From positions 1 through 64,000 of IMG/VR virus record IMGVR_UViG_3300037423_001642: 64,000 nt of DNA, one strand, 5' to 3'. The stretch is from an uncultured virus (IMG/VR IMGVR_UViG_3300037423_001642) (Duplodnaviria; Heunggongvirae; Uroviricota; Caudoviricetes). The notes beneath the pieces were generated by a model. It was not told the DNA's origin. It searched no databases and saw only the letters and a program-made list of their open reading frames with translations. Positions 1 to 8,384 of this stretch are shown piece by piece. Numbering within the stretch: position 1 is the stretch's first letter; each line of letters starts with the position of its first letter. Made by a program: the position numbers and the translations under genes.

Positions 1-4
1 AATT

Positions 5-316
5 ATGACCATTGGGGACATTATGGTAGATACTTCAAATCCGTTTTTTGGAAAAAAACATACCGCCGCTTCCCGCAAAAAAATTAAAGAAAATCATGTC
101 GGCATGACCGGCAAAAAACATTCCCCAGAAACGAAAGAAAAAATGTCAACGGCACACACGGGCCGGAATTGGGTTTACAAAGGAATGGTCACCAAATCTA
201 TTCCGAGTGAAGAACTGGATTCCTATCTCGAAAGCGGTTGGTTGAGAGGCAGAGCTATCGATAAAAGAGGATCGAAGAGCTACATGCTGAAATTTTTGTT
301 CGAAAATTCCCCTTGA
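5..316 (+). CDS. NUMOD3-motif DNA-binding protein (homing-endonuclease-related; no nuclease domain visible)
   Basis: Two NUMOD3-like motifs (NPFFGKKHTAASRKKIK, GMTGKKHSPETKEKMS). Alternative start at ATG 23 after GGGG. May extend beyond the window edge. Confidence 0.7.
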   Translation: MTIGDIMVDTSNPFFGKKHTAASRKKIKENHVGMTGKKHSPETKEKMSTAHTGRNWVYKGMVTKSIPSEELDSYLESGWLRGRAIDKRGSKSYMLKFLFENSP

Positions 317-341
317 CATTCATTCATATAACCGATATATT
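313..341 (+). promoter_or_regulatory. sigma70-type early promoter
   Basis: TTGACA-N17-TATATT upstream of ORF 377. Confidence 0.7.
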
Positions 342-376
342 AACGTCATAGTCATTGGATTATGAAAGGATTGTGA

Positions 377-1519
377 ATGGCTGATAAAGGCAACCGGGTT
401 CAGATGGCGCAAATTGTTGCGTTCGCCAACTTTCCCGATTTGAAGCGCTTTCCCGATGAAAACCATATCGTGGTGCGCAAAGAGTTGAAGCGCAACTTCG
501 GGAACCTCAAGGACCAGTACGAAATGGCAATCGCCAAGCTGGCCACTGAACAGCGCCCTATTCCCATTTCTCTCCCGATGGCTTAAAACCCAAACGGGCC
601 TGTAGGTCCATCAAAGGAGTCGAACATGGCCGAAGATGAAAAGCCGGATAACATGGACTATTATGTTGTCCGTGGTGGAATGTCGTGGGGTAAGGATGAA
701 AGCCTTCAAACGGCTTTCTTCAATTGGTTCAAAAATGAACGACCGGCGAGGGATGTTAAGGTGGTCATCCACCAAGTTGCCCAAAGCGCCACAGTCGATG
801 ACTTCGGTCGTTTGAACTGGTTTACCAAAGATGGCGAGCCCGTCAAATTGGGTGAAGTCACCGTCACCAAGAAACTCATCGAACGATACAATGCCGTCAT
901 GACTGATATTGACGAGCTTCTGGTGCCCGTCGAAGATAATTTCGATTGGGATTTGGCGATGCGGGTTAAGGAGGAATCTCATGAAAAAGCTTGAACCAAA
1001 GGTTGGCGATGTGGTCGCTTTCAACATGTTGCCGGATGCCGCATGGTTCGACGTGCTGGCAATCAATGGCTTCATCATGACCGTCCGTGAACACGGCACG
1101 GATTATGCTGAACAGCGCATCGACAAGGGCGGCGTAAAGCAGATTCGTAAGCCATGAGAACCTATTATGTTTCGGCTTTGGATTTAACGACCGACGAAGT
1201 TCAGCTATATTCCTTCCCCACGCCTCAATATGGGGATAGCCCAGACAAGATCGATGGTGTAGGATTTTACCGCACCATCGTTTCCCTAAACGCTTTCTTC
1301 CATGGTGGCAGTTCTCATTATCGAAACTGGACCGACAAGCGTTTGTTCTCCCTCAAAACAGAACGGGAAGTTGAGTTTGAAAGGGAAAGAGGACGACTCG
1401 AAGGTGGTCCTACCATTCCTTTTTCGAGTCTTTTCGCTTTCTATCGACACATTGGTTACGACTACAAAGCCAAAAAATACACGACCGGCGAAAAGCTCCA
1501 TCCATATTCTAAATTTTGA
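377..1519 (+). other. run of four small hypothetical early CDS (377-586, 626-994, 981-1157, 1154-1519)
   Basis: Tightly packed ORFs, most with SD sequences (AAAGGA, AAGGAG, AAGGAGG); no recognisable family. Confidence 0.75.
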
Positions 1520-1580
1520 TTGACAAAAAGATTCCAATGTGGTACATATTGGATATCTGCAATCTTAATTAAGGAAATTT

Positions 1581-2108
1581 ATGGATTATTTGTTTTGGGG
1601 ATTAATGCTAATCCCATTTGCGTTTGCTGTTGCAGCTAGTGAATATGAGTCCATCGTCGCTGGCCTTGTCTCAATCGTTCTTGCTGCCGCTTTCTTTTAT
1701 ATCTTCACGGACTACAATCCGCTTCCTTGGATTGTCGCCAACCCCGGAACCGCTGCGATCTACACCGGTTTATATTTTGTGACCGGTGCGATATATTCCG
1801 TCGTGAAATGGCTGTATGTCGTGAACACATCGACGAACAGAATCAAAACGGATTTCGAGAGGTTCAAACTCAATAATCGTGATGATACCTCAATCGAAGC
1901 CTTCAAAAAATCCGAATACAATAGCCTGAAAGTCTTGAAGAACAAGGCTCGAATCATGGGCTGGCTTGTCTGGTGGGTTCCGTCTCTCTTCTGGACTGTT
2001 ACCCATGATCTTTTCCGCAAAATTTGGGATCACATTTACAATATGTTCTCCGGTTTGTACGAAAAGATCGTTTCTCGCAAGATCGATTCTACGCTGAAAG
2101 ATTTCTAA
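1581..2108 (+). CDS. hypothetical membrane protein
   Basis: Several hydrophobic segments; AAGGA SD; own TTGACA promoter near 1520. Confidence 0.75.
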   Translation: MDYLFWGLMLIPFAFAVAASEYESIVAGLVSIVLAAAFFYIFTDYNPLPWIVANPGTAAIYTGLYFVTGAIYSVVKWLYVVNTSTNRIKTDFERFKLNNRDDTSIEAFKKSEYNSLKVLKNKARIMGWLVWWVPSLFWTVTHDLFRKIWDHIYNMFSGLYEKIVSRKIDSTLKDF

Positions 2109-2117
2109 TTTTTCTGC

Positions 2118-2146
2118 TTGACTCTTAAAAGCGAATAGATTATACA
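2118..2146 (+). promoter_or_regulatory. promoter of the tmRNA gene
   Basis: TTGACT-N17-TATACA just upstream of the acceptor piece. Confidence 0.65.
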
Positions 2147-2150
2147 TATA

Positions 2151-2470
2151 CTCGTTGTGATGAAGACGACTGAAAGGTATTCAGGACTCGGGGGCGGAAC
2201 CCGACTAGTCCACCACAACCAGATAGAGGGACGAAAGCCCGGCCAATAACACGGCGTCGTATGATGGCTGGCGTTCTATCTGGTTATGATGGGCTAGAAA
2301 CAGGATCGACTGGTACGTAATAGGAAGTTGGAGCAACCGGCATTGTACCGCCGTTATCGGGCTAAACACAATAAGAGACAACGATAACTTCGTTCCTCTG
2401 GCAATCGCTGCCTAATCAGCAGTAGCCAATGAGTTTTGGCGGTTGAACTTGGAAACAGAATCAACCGCCG
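2151..2470 (+). ncRNA. ssrA: circularly permuted two-piece tmRNA (alphaproteobacterial type)
   Basis: Acceptor piece ends with T-arm TCGGG-GGCGGAA-CCCGA then CTAGTCC-A-CCA (2215). Intervening segment is 2216-2290. Coding piece starts GGGCTAGAAACAGGATCGAC (2291). The acceptor stem has G3-U70. Tag frame 2377-2415 = DNDNFVPLAIAA*. 3' hairpin GGCGGTTGA/TCAACCGCC at 2438-2469. Confidence 0.93.
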
Positions 2471-2491
2471 CTTCTATTTTCAGGAAAAAAT

Positions 2492-2806
2492 TTGAGTAGA
2501 ATATTAACCAACGGCGCACTTGTGCCGGAAGACAATTCCCATACAGAAATCAATCCGGTCACAGGTCAACAAAAGGCTTATGTGATTCTCTCGGAAGACG
2601 AACGGGCCAAGGGCTTCGTTCGCCCGCTTCGCAGAAGCTACAAACACACAGTGTGTGGAACCGAAACCACGATGGGTCAAGCCATCGCTGAAACCTACGC
2701 TCGTAATCCGAAATTTTATTCTGCCACCTTCTGTTGTCAGTGCAAAACACATAAGCCTCTAAACGAATTTCATTGGTCCGGTACAACGGAAATTGTTGGA
2801 TCATGA
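2492..2806 (+). CDS. hypothetical protein with probable Zn-binding motif
   Basis: HTVCG...FCCQCKTH; TTG start after AGGA. Confidence 0.65.
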   Translation: MSRILTNGALVPEDNSHTEINPVTGQQKAYVILSEDERAKGFVRPLRRSYKHTVCGTETTMGQAIAETYARNPKFYSATFCCQCKTHKPLNEFHWSGTTEIVGS

Positions 2807-3027
2807 AAAAAGATTTAGACCCAGATTTTTGGGATGACTTCGTTTTCTTGGCCCAATCCTTTGCTTCGATCATGCAAGGCGATGTTTATGACCATCGCAT
2901 AAATGGCGCATATGCCATCATGAAAAAATATGGATTGGACGAATACGGATGTCCACCGGAAGACGAAGAAGACGACACGCCAGTTCCTATGATTCCGGCT
3001 AAGAAGCCGAAACAGGCGTTGGATTGA
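2803..3027 (+). CDS. hypothetical acidic protein
   Basis: ATGA overlap with the preceding ORF. Confidence 0.6.
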   Translation: MKKDLDPDFWDDFVFLAQSFASIMQGDVYDHRINGAYAIMKKYGLDEYGCPPEDEEDDTPVPMIPAKKPKQALD

Positions 3028-3254
3028 GCGACTTCCTAAATGACTTCGAATCGTTATTCGGAGTCCCTGATAAGCCGAAGCGAGACTTCACCAAAGAAGT
3101 CCAGACAACCCAAGCAAATCCAGATGCCAAAAAGCTGATAACCATTCGGCTTGATCGGGATATTATAGCTTATTTTCAACAGCAAGGCGAAGGGTATCAA
3201 ACCCGTATCAATAATGCCTTGCGGGAATTTATGAATCAACGATTAAAGAAATAA
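3024..3254 (+). CDS. BrnA-family antitoxin-like protein (RHH)
   Basis: KKLITIRLDRDIIAYFQQQGEGYQTRINNALREF matches the BrnA antitoxin C-terminal signature. Confidence 0.8.
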   Translation: MSDFLNDFESLFGVPDKPKRDFTKEVQTTQANPDAKKLITIRLDRDIIAYFQQQGEGYQTRINNALREFMNQRLKK

Positions 3255-3643
3255 TGCGTGTAGTCAGTGAGGAAGAGTTCTCTCAAACGCTTAGGGAACA
3301 GCTTTCAGACGATTCTTTTGATGAATTTGGTGTGGTGACCGGGCCGGGACGTTCCGGCGCTGTAGCAGCCGTGTATGCCTCGCATTTCCTGCATATTCCA
3401 TTCATCCCATACGGTGCCAATGCTCCCGTCCATCTTGGCCGATTGCTGATTATCGATACCGCTGAACAGACCGGCAAAACAATCCGCAAAGCATCACGTC
3501 GATATGAAAATGTGCCTCATTCCGTGCACACGCTTTACAAAGAGCCGCCAAGAGTTTGCTTTTGGTATGAAGCTCCAAAGCCACAACATTATAAACACGA
3601 AAGATTAAATGAACAGCCTACCGAACATTCTGACCAAGGATAG
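3254..3643 (+). CDS. type I phosphoribosyltransferase-like protein
   Basis: VVTGPGRSGAVAA...HIPF and a PRPP-loop-like LLIIDTAEQTGKTI. Confidence 0.6.
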   Translation: MRVVSEEEFSQTLREQLSDDSFDEFGVVTGPGRSGAVAAVYASHFLHIPFIPYGANAPVHLGRLLIIDTAEQTGKTIRKASRRYENVPHSVHTLYKEPPRVCFWYEAPKPQHYKHERLNEQPTEHSDQG

Positions 3644-3845
3644 TTTTTCGAAGGAAGTTGAAAAATTTGTTCTGGAAACCGGTTCCGATTACATGGATGC
3701 CGTATTGCATATCTGTCAAGTGAGAGATATCGAGCCCGAGACAGCCGCCAAGCTTATAAACGCCAATGTCAAAGGTATGATCGAAAAGGAAGCCAGCGAT
3801 CTAAACCTTTTGGAAGAGAAACCACAATCACTGGAATTTGAATGA
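3609..3845 (+). CDS. 33: late transcription co-activator gp33
   Basis: FSKEVEKFV..YMDAVLHIC..IEPETAAKLI..IEKEASDLNLL; 33-59-32 synteny. Confidence 0.85.
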   Translation: MNSLPNILTKDSFSKEVEKFVLETGSDYMDAVLHICQVRDIEPETAAKLINANVKGMIEKEASDLNLLEEKPQSLEFE

Positions 3846-4447
3846 TTTCTCCCGAGCGAACGAAACAGATTTTTGTTGCTCTTCGTTTGCACTTCACCGG
3901 CTCATACGACTACATCAAATATCAAGGCAAGACTCGGACCGGACTAAAGCCAGCGGAAACATGGGCAGTCGAAAAGATCGCCTTCAAATTCCAGAACGAA
4001 GAAGCTATTAAAGATTTCTTTGTCGCCAATATGATCGACGGTTTTGTGAAGACCGGAAAAATAGGCTCATTCATCAATGCCTATGCCAACAAAGATGCGA
4101 CAGAAATTTATGAAAAATCGACAAATTGGTATAACGCCTCATACAATCTGACTTCGGATTTGAACAAGTTCGATGGTCTGAAAGATTTGACCGTCTGTGT
4201 CGATGGCAATCATCCAAAAATTTTCCAAGCGGTTTTGGAAAATGAAATTTCGATTTTCACCATGGCTTGTGTGATGCTATTTTTAGGTGATCGAATTGTC
4301 GATTACTGGACTAAAAATTGTGATGATACAGTATTGTTTGGGGACTATATTCGATTTTTGAAGAAATATGTCCCGCTCATACCAAAAGATAATGAAAAGA
4401 TAAAAGAAGCAATCAGTAGTTACAACTATAAACATAGGAATATATGA
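3842..4447 (+). CDS. 59: helicase loader gp59
   Basis: ALRLHFTGSYDYIKYQGK N-terminal signature; synteny. Confidence 0.85.
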   Translation: MISPERTKQIFVALRLHFTGSYDYIKYQGKTRTGLKPAETWAVEKIAFKFQNEEAIKDFFVANMIDGFVKTGKIGSFINAYANKDATEIYEKSTNWYNASYNLTSDLNKFDGLKDLTVCVDGNHPKIFQAVLENEISIFTMACVMLFLGDRIVDYWTKNCDDTVLFGDYIRFLKKYVPLIPKDNEKIKEAISSYNYKHRNI

Positions 4448-4713
4448 GAAAATCAAGAATTGAACGCCGTAACGAATGGCGTCTCGAAAATCGTAAGACC
4501 AATGGTGAATCGAACAAACCATGGATTTCGACTGTAGACCCACGCTATGAGCCGGTCGTTGTCAAGAGCAAGACATATGAAGCCAATGGCAAGCGTGAAG
4601 TTGCCCGCCGTCTAAAAGCACCAAAGGTCGTGCTGGATTACGAGATTGTCGGTGTATCTCCAATGAAGGCACCAAGTGGAGAAATTTCTGCTTTGCGGGA
4701 AAAATTCTCATGA
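4444..4713 (+). CDS. hypothetical basic protein
   Basis: ATGA overlaps on both sides. Confidence 0.6.
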   Translation: MRKSRIERRNEWRLENRKTNGESNKPWISTVDPRYEPVVVKSKTYEANGKREVARRLKAPKVVLDYEIVGVSPMKAPSGEISALREKFS

Positions 4714-5048
4714 ACCTGAACGAATACGCTGAAATGTGTCATAAGGCGAATGCCAAGTGGTGGCCAGAAGACGTTCGAACCCGCAACAAGGGTGAAGCGA
4801 TTGCGCTCATGCATTCCGAGCTTTCAGAAGCCTTGGAAGGTGAACGCAAGAACCTCATGGATGACAAGCTCCCGCACCGTAAATGTGCCGAAGTCGAGTT
4901 TGCCGACACACTCATTCGAATTTTCGATTATTGCCACGCCTTCGGCTATGATTTGGAAGGTGCTTTTCAAGAGAAGATGGCATACAACGCCATTCGGGAA
5001 GATCACAAACTAGAACAGAGAATGAAAGAAAACGGAAAGAAATTTTAA
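4710..5048 (+). CDS. MazG-like NTP pyrophosphohydrolase
   Basis: ALMHSELSEALE...EVEFADTLIRIFD (EXXE...EXXD motif). Confidence 0.8.
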   Translation: MNLNEYAEMCHKANAKWWPEDVRTRNKGEAIALMHSELSEALEGERKNLMDDKLPHRKCAEVEFADTLIRIFDYCHAFGYDLEGAFQEKMAYNAIREDHKLEQRMKENGKKF

Positions 5049-5054
5049 AATTTC

Positions 5055-5085
5055 TTGACTTTTCACTGTTCTTCTGGTATAAATA
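5055..5085 (+). promoter_or_regulatory. composite early/late promoter of gene 32
   Basis: TTGACT-N17-TATAAA, whose -10 is also the T4 late consensus TATAAATA (5078-5085). Confidence 0.7.
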
Positions 5086-5186
5086 AAAGATATTATGTCT
5101 AGTGTGGTTAAGAAAAAGATATCAACAATACGTCAAAATTATTATGGATAACGTGGATATGACAAAATATAGGATAATAAGAAAAT

Positions 5187-6062
5187 ATGTCACTATCCCT
5201 TTCGGACTTGAAAAAGTCCTCGAAATCCCGTCTCGATAACCTAATCACAAAATCCCAAGCAAATTCCGAACAAGGCGCTAAAGACGCTCGCTTTTGGCAA
5301 CCAACCGTTGACAAAGCTGGCAATGGCAACGCTCTTATTCGCTTCCTCCCTGCATCAAAGGAAGATGGTATTGACGCTCTCCCATGGGTGAAGTACTTTG
5401 AACACGGCTTCAAAGGCCCATCGGGCAAGTGGTATATCGAAAAATCCCTTACTTCGCTAGGTCAGAAAGACCCCGTTTCCGAGTATAATTCTATGCTTTG
5501 GAACAAGGGGACCGATGAAGCCAAGGAAATCGCACGTGCACAGAAGCGCAAGCTTGTGTTTGTGTCGAACATTCTGGTAATTACCGATCCGGGTAATCCA
5601 GAAAACAACGGCAAAGTATTCCTGTTCAAGTATGGTCAAAAGATTTTTGAGAAGATCAAGAATATCATGACTCCGGATGAAGCACTTGGTGAAGAACCAA
5701 ATGATCCGTTCGATTTCTGGACAGGCCAGAACTTCAAGCTTAAGATCAAGAAAGTTGGCGATTTCCGCAACTACGATGACTCTAGCTTCGCAACTCCATC
5801 TGTTCTGTTCAAGAAAGATGAAGAAATCGAAGCCGTCTGGAATTCGCAGTACTCGCTATCGGAATTCCTTGATCCGAAGAACTACGAAAATTATGACGAT
5901 CTTCAAAAGAAGCTTCATGAAGTCCTACAGATTCAGACCGAATCTGTTTCAACGACCGCTGAACGCCTTTCTATGAAGGTTGATGCCGAAGTAGCAAGCG
6001 CTGATGCAGAAGTCGAAAGCGGTGAAGACGCCGATTTGGACGAAATTCTGAAAAACTTGTAA
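5187..6062 (+). CDS. 32: single-stranded DNA-binding protein gp32
   Basis: DARFWQPTVDKAGNGNALIRFLP, HGFKGPSGKWYIE, NYDDSSF, acidic tail. Confidence 0.96.
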   Translation: MSLSLSDLKKSSKSRLDNLITKSQANSEQGAKDARFWQPTVDKAGNGNALIRFLPASKEDGIDALPWVKYFEHGFKGPSGKWYIEKSLTSLGQKDPVSEYNSMLWNKGTDEAKEIARAQKRKLVFVSNILVITDPGNPENNGKVFLFKYGQKIFEKIKNIMTPDEALGEEPNDPFDFWTGQNFKLKIKKVGDFRNYDDSSFATPSVLFKKDEEIEAVWNSQYSLSEFLDPKNYENYDDLQKKLHEVLQIQTESVSTTAERLSMKVDAEVASADAEVESGEDADLDEILKNL

Positions 6063-6126
6063 TCTCGAAACCTGATTTACTTCGTTGAAGTAGTCAAGGT
6101 AGCCACCGAGGGCAAAAGAGGAAGAC

Positions 6127-6624
6127 TTAATTGTCTTCCTCTTTTTTATTGTTCAATGCGTCTAGAGTTTGTTCTAGAGTTCCGGTGAAAACGGCCTTGT
6201 CGATGTAGACCTTTGCGTTTCCATTCGTATCCGGCATATAAATTTTTCTTTTTTTCTCGATATACGCCATCTTCGAAGAAAAAATATTTACTCGCTTTTC
6301 GTTGCCATCGATGATGGTTTTGAGCAAGCCGTTGAGCGCTTGGAAGTCTTTGTCATCTTCCGTGTCAGAGGCTATCTGTGCGGCCTTTTCAGCCGCCTCT
6401 ACAGCGATTTCCAAGGCATCTGCTATGTTGCGTCTCGCTTCCTCGAAATCTGCCTGTAGCTGTTGCTCTTCGGCATCCATCGGTTCCGTGACCGCACCGC
6501 CGACACTCACGGGAGCCGGAAGATTTTGTGCTTCCGTTAGGGTTTCCGGTTGAGTGTCCGTTAGGTTTTCGTGTTCCGGTTCTGGATCGATATCCAAAAT
6601 TTCATGAATTAATTTTTTTGTCAT
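6127..6624 (-). CDS. 16: terminase small subunit gp16
   Basis: DFEEARRNI...FQALNGLLKTI...AVFTGTLEQ; follows gp15. Confidence 0.8.
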   Translation of the reverse strand: MTKKLIHEILDIDPEPEHENLTDTQPETLTEAQNLPAPVSVGGAVTEPMDAEEQQLQADFEEARRNIADALEIAVEAAEKAAQIASDTEDDKDFQALNGLLKTIIDGNEKRVNIFSSKMAYIEKKRKIYMPDTNGNAKVYIDKAVFTGTLEQTLDALNNKKEEDN

Positions 6625-7493
6625 TTGTCGGTTCCTGTCACAGGATCATATTTCTTTCCGTCCTGAAACTCTTGAATGGCAGTAATGAAGCCATAATCGT
6701 CTTCTTTATTTATGTCCTGATATGGGATTGTAAGATTTGGGTCTGATGTGGGTTGGCCATCGCTTGTCAGACCGGGAGTCACCATGATACGAGCAACACG
6801 CCCATGGGCCTGCATTTCGTCTTCTGTGATTTTTCCAAGGCCGGGTATCGAGTGGAAATCCACCTGAACACGTTTGATCACTCCTGATTTCTGAATCGGG
6901 CCAAAAATCCATCCATCGATTTCGAAGTTGAAGGTAGCAGTCAGCACACGGCGTTCCTTGAAATCGCCATCGTAAATGTCGTCCATCGTCGGTGCATCCA
7001 ACATGTTGACACGAGCATCATATTTGTAGGCAGAGCCCGGAATCAAATCGAGCGTCGTGTTGAAATCACCATTGAAGAATGGGACAATCTGTTCCACAAT
7101 CTGGTATACATCATCCGTGTTAACCGACATTGCATAGAGTTGAAATTTAAATTTCACGGCAACCGGCATGAATTGTGTAAGAACTTTGTTTCCATCATCG
7201 ACAATAGACACCAATTTATGTATGGCATTGTTCTTACGGCTTTCATCGATTGTGAAACCATCGCAAATGAACCCCATGCGAGGCAATTGTATCTTGACAA
7301 CTGGATTGTTGGCAGGGTGATCCTTCATCAATGCGTACCATTTTTGCTTTGGAGCATAGGTGATAGGAACCTTTATTTGTTGAAGTTCCGTTTTGTCAGC
7401 CGCCAGACGGGTAATGTAGATTTCATTGAAAATGTTTCCGAACATAATCACGTATTTTCTGGTAGTCGAGTGATAAAAGCTGTGGCCTAAAAT
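6621..7493 (-). CDS. 15: tail sheath stabiliser/terminator gp15 (probable ATT start)
   Basis: IKVPITYAPKQK, LPRMGF, QIVEQIVPFF. N-terminus extends to ATT-TTA-GGC-CAC (xLGHSFYHSTTRKY) 5 nt after AGGAGG. Confidence 0.9.
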   Translation of the reverse strand: MLGHSFYHSTTRKYVIMFGNIFNEIYITRLAADKTELQQIKVPITYAPKQKWYALMKDHPANNPVVKIQLPRMGFICDGFTIDESRKNNAIHKLVSIVDDGNKVLTQFMPVAVKFKFQLYAMSVNTDDVYQIVEQIVPFFNGDFNTTLDLIPGSAYKYDARVNMLDAPTMDDIYDGDFKERRVLTATFNFEIDGWIFGPIQKSGVIKRVQVDFHSIPGLGKITEDEMQAHGRVARIMVTPGLTSDGQPTSDPNLTIPYQDINKEDDYGFITAIQEFQDGKKYDPVTGTDK

Positions 7494-7523
7494 TTTAACC
7501 TCCTACTAATTTAAATGGGATAC

Positions 7524-8381
7524 TTACCATTTGAAATCGGTGTTTCTTTTGACGAATGGAGAAATTTCAGAGAAATCTACAACGCCATCAGCTTCATCAG
7601 TGAGAAGCTTGTTGTCCGCTTGTTTGTCCGTATCTTCAACCTGAACGTCTTCATCAATAATCGTGGCTTGGTCTGTATCGTCTTCCAATTTGATGGAATC
7701 GTCATCTTCCGTGGTCATTGGAGAACGCATAAGATCGCCAGAGAACAAATCTTCGATTGAATCGATTTCCGTGTCACCGGTATCAAGTTTTTCGTGACTG
7801 TATTCGAACAATTCACAGAACAATTCGTATGTCTGCAATGAACCACCTTGATAAAAAATGGCGTCGTGCTGTACGAATTTGATTTCGAAAAGACGCTGGA
7901 ATGTGGATACCCAGATTAGATCGCCTTCACGGGGACGGTCATAAGGGATATAGTATCCTTCGATATTGCCTTCTTCCATCAAAATGCCATTCAATTGGCC
8001 GGGCATGTAGCGATTGGTAACCTCTTGCTCCATCGTGTCATCATTTTCCGACATCAGATGTTCCAATCGAACTTCCTCAAAACGCTTGCGAGATATAGAG
8101 AGATGCAATTCATCTTTGATTTGCACATCGAATTTCGACATGAATCGAGCGCCGTCGAATCCTTCCGTATTGTTCGGATAAGCTTCGATCATCACGGCAT
8201 CATTGAAGGAATTGACGGTCGATTCCCCGAAAAGATCGTCCAAATTCACGGAAGTACGTGGCAAATAATTTACCCAGAAACCCATATTTTTGATAGCACC
8301 TATGGTGAGGTCTTCAAACAACTTTTGGGTTGGACCAAAGATGTAGTTGTTAATATATCTATTGGGTGAAAGTGAAGCCAT
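7524..8381 (-). CDS. 14: neck protein gp14
   Basis: YLPRTSVNLDDLFGE, RPREGDLIW, LFEIKFV, YELFCELFEYS. Confidence 0.92.
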   Translation of the reverse strand: MASLSPNRYINNYIFGPTQKLFEDLTIGAIKNMGFWVNYLPRTSVNLDDLFGESTVNSFNDAVMIEAYPNNTEGFDGARFMSKFDVQIKDELHLSISRKRFEEVRLEHLMSENDDTMEQEVTNRYMPGQLNGILMEEGNIEGYYIPYDRPREGDLIWVSTFQRLFEIKFVQHDAIFYQGGSLQTYELFCELFEYSHEKLDTGDTEIDSIEDLFSGDLMRSPMTTEDDDSIKLEDDTDQATIIDEDVQVEDTDKQADNKLLTDEADGVVDFSEISPFVKRNTDFKW

Positions 8382-8384
8382 CTA

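Noticed and set aside
2216..2290. Hammerhead ribozyme in the tmRNA spacer (GGACGAAA)
   Set aside because: No CUGAUGA core; the upstream CAGATAGA is tied up in the closing stem.
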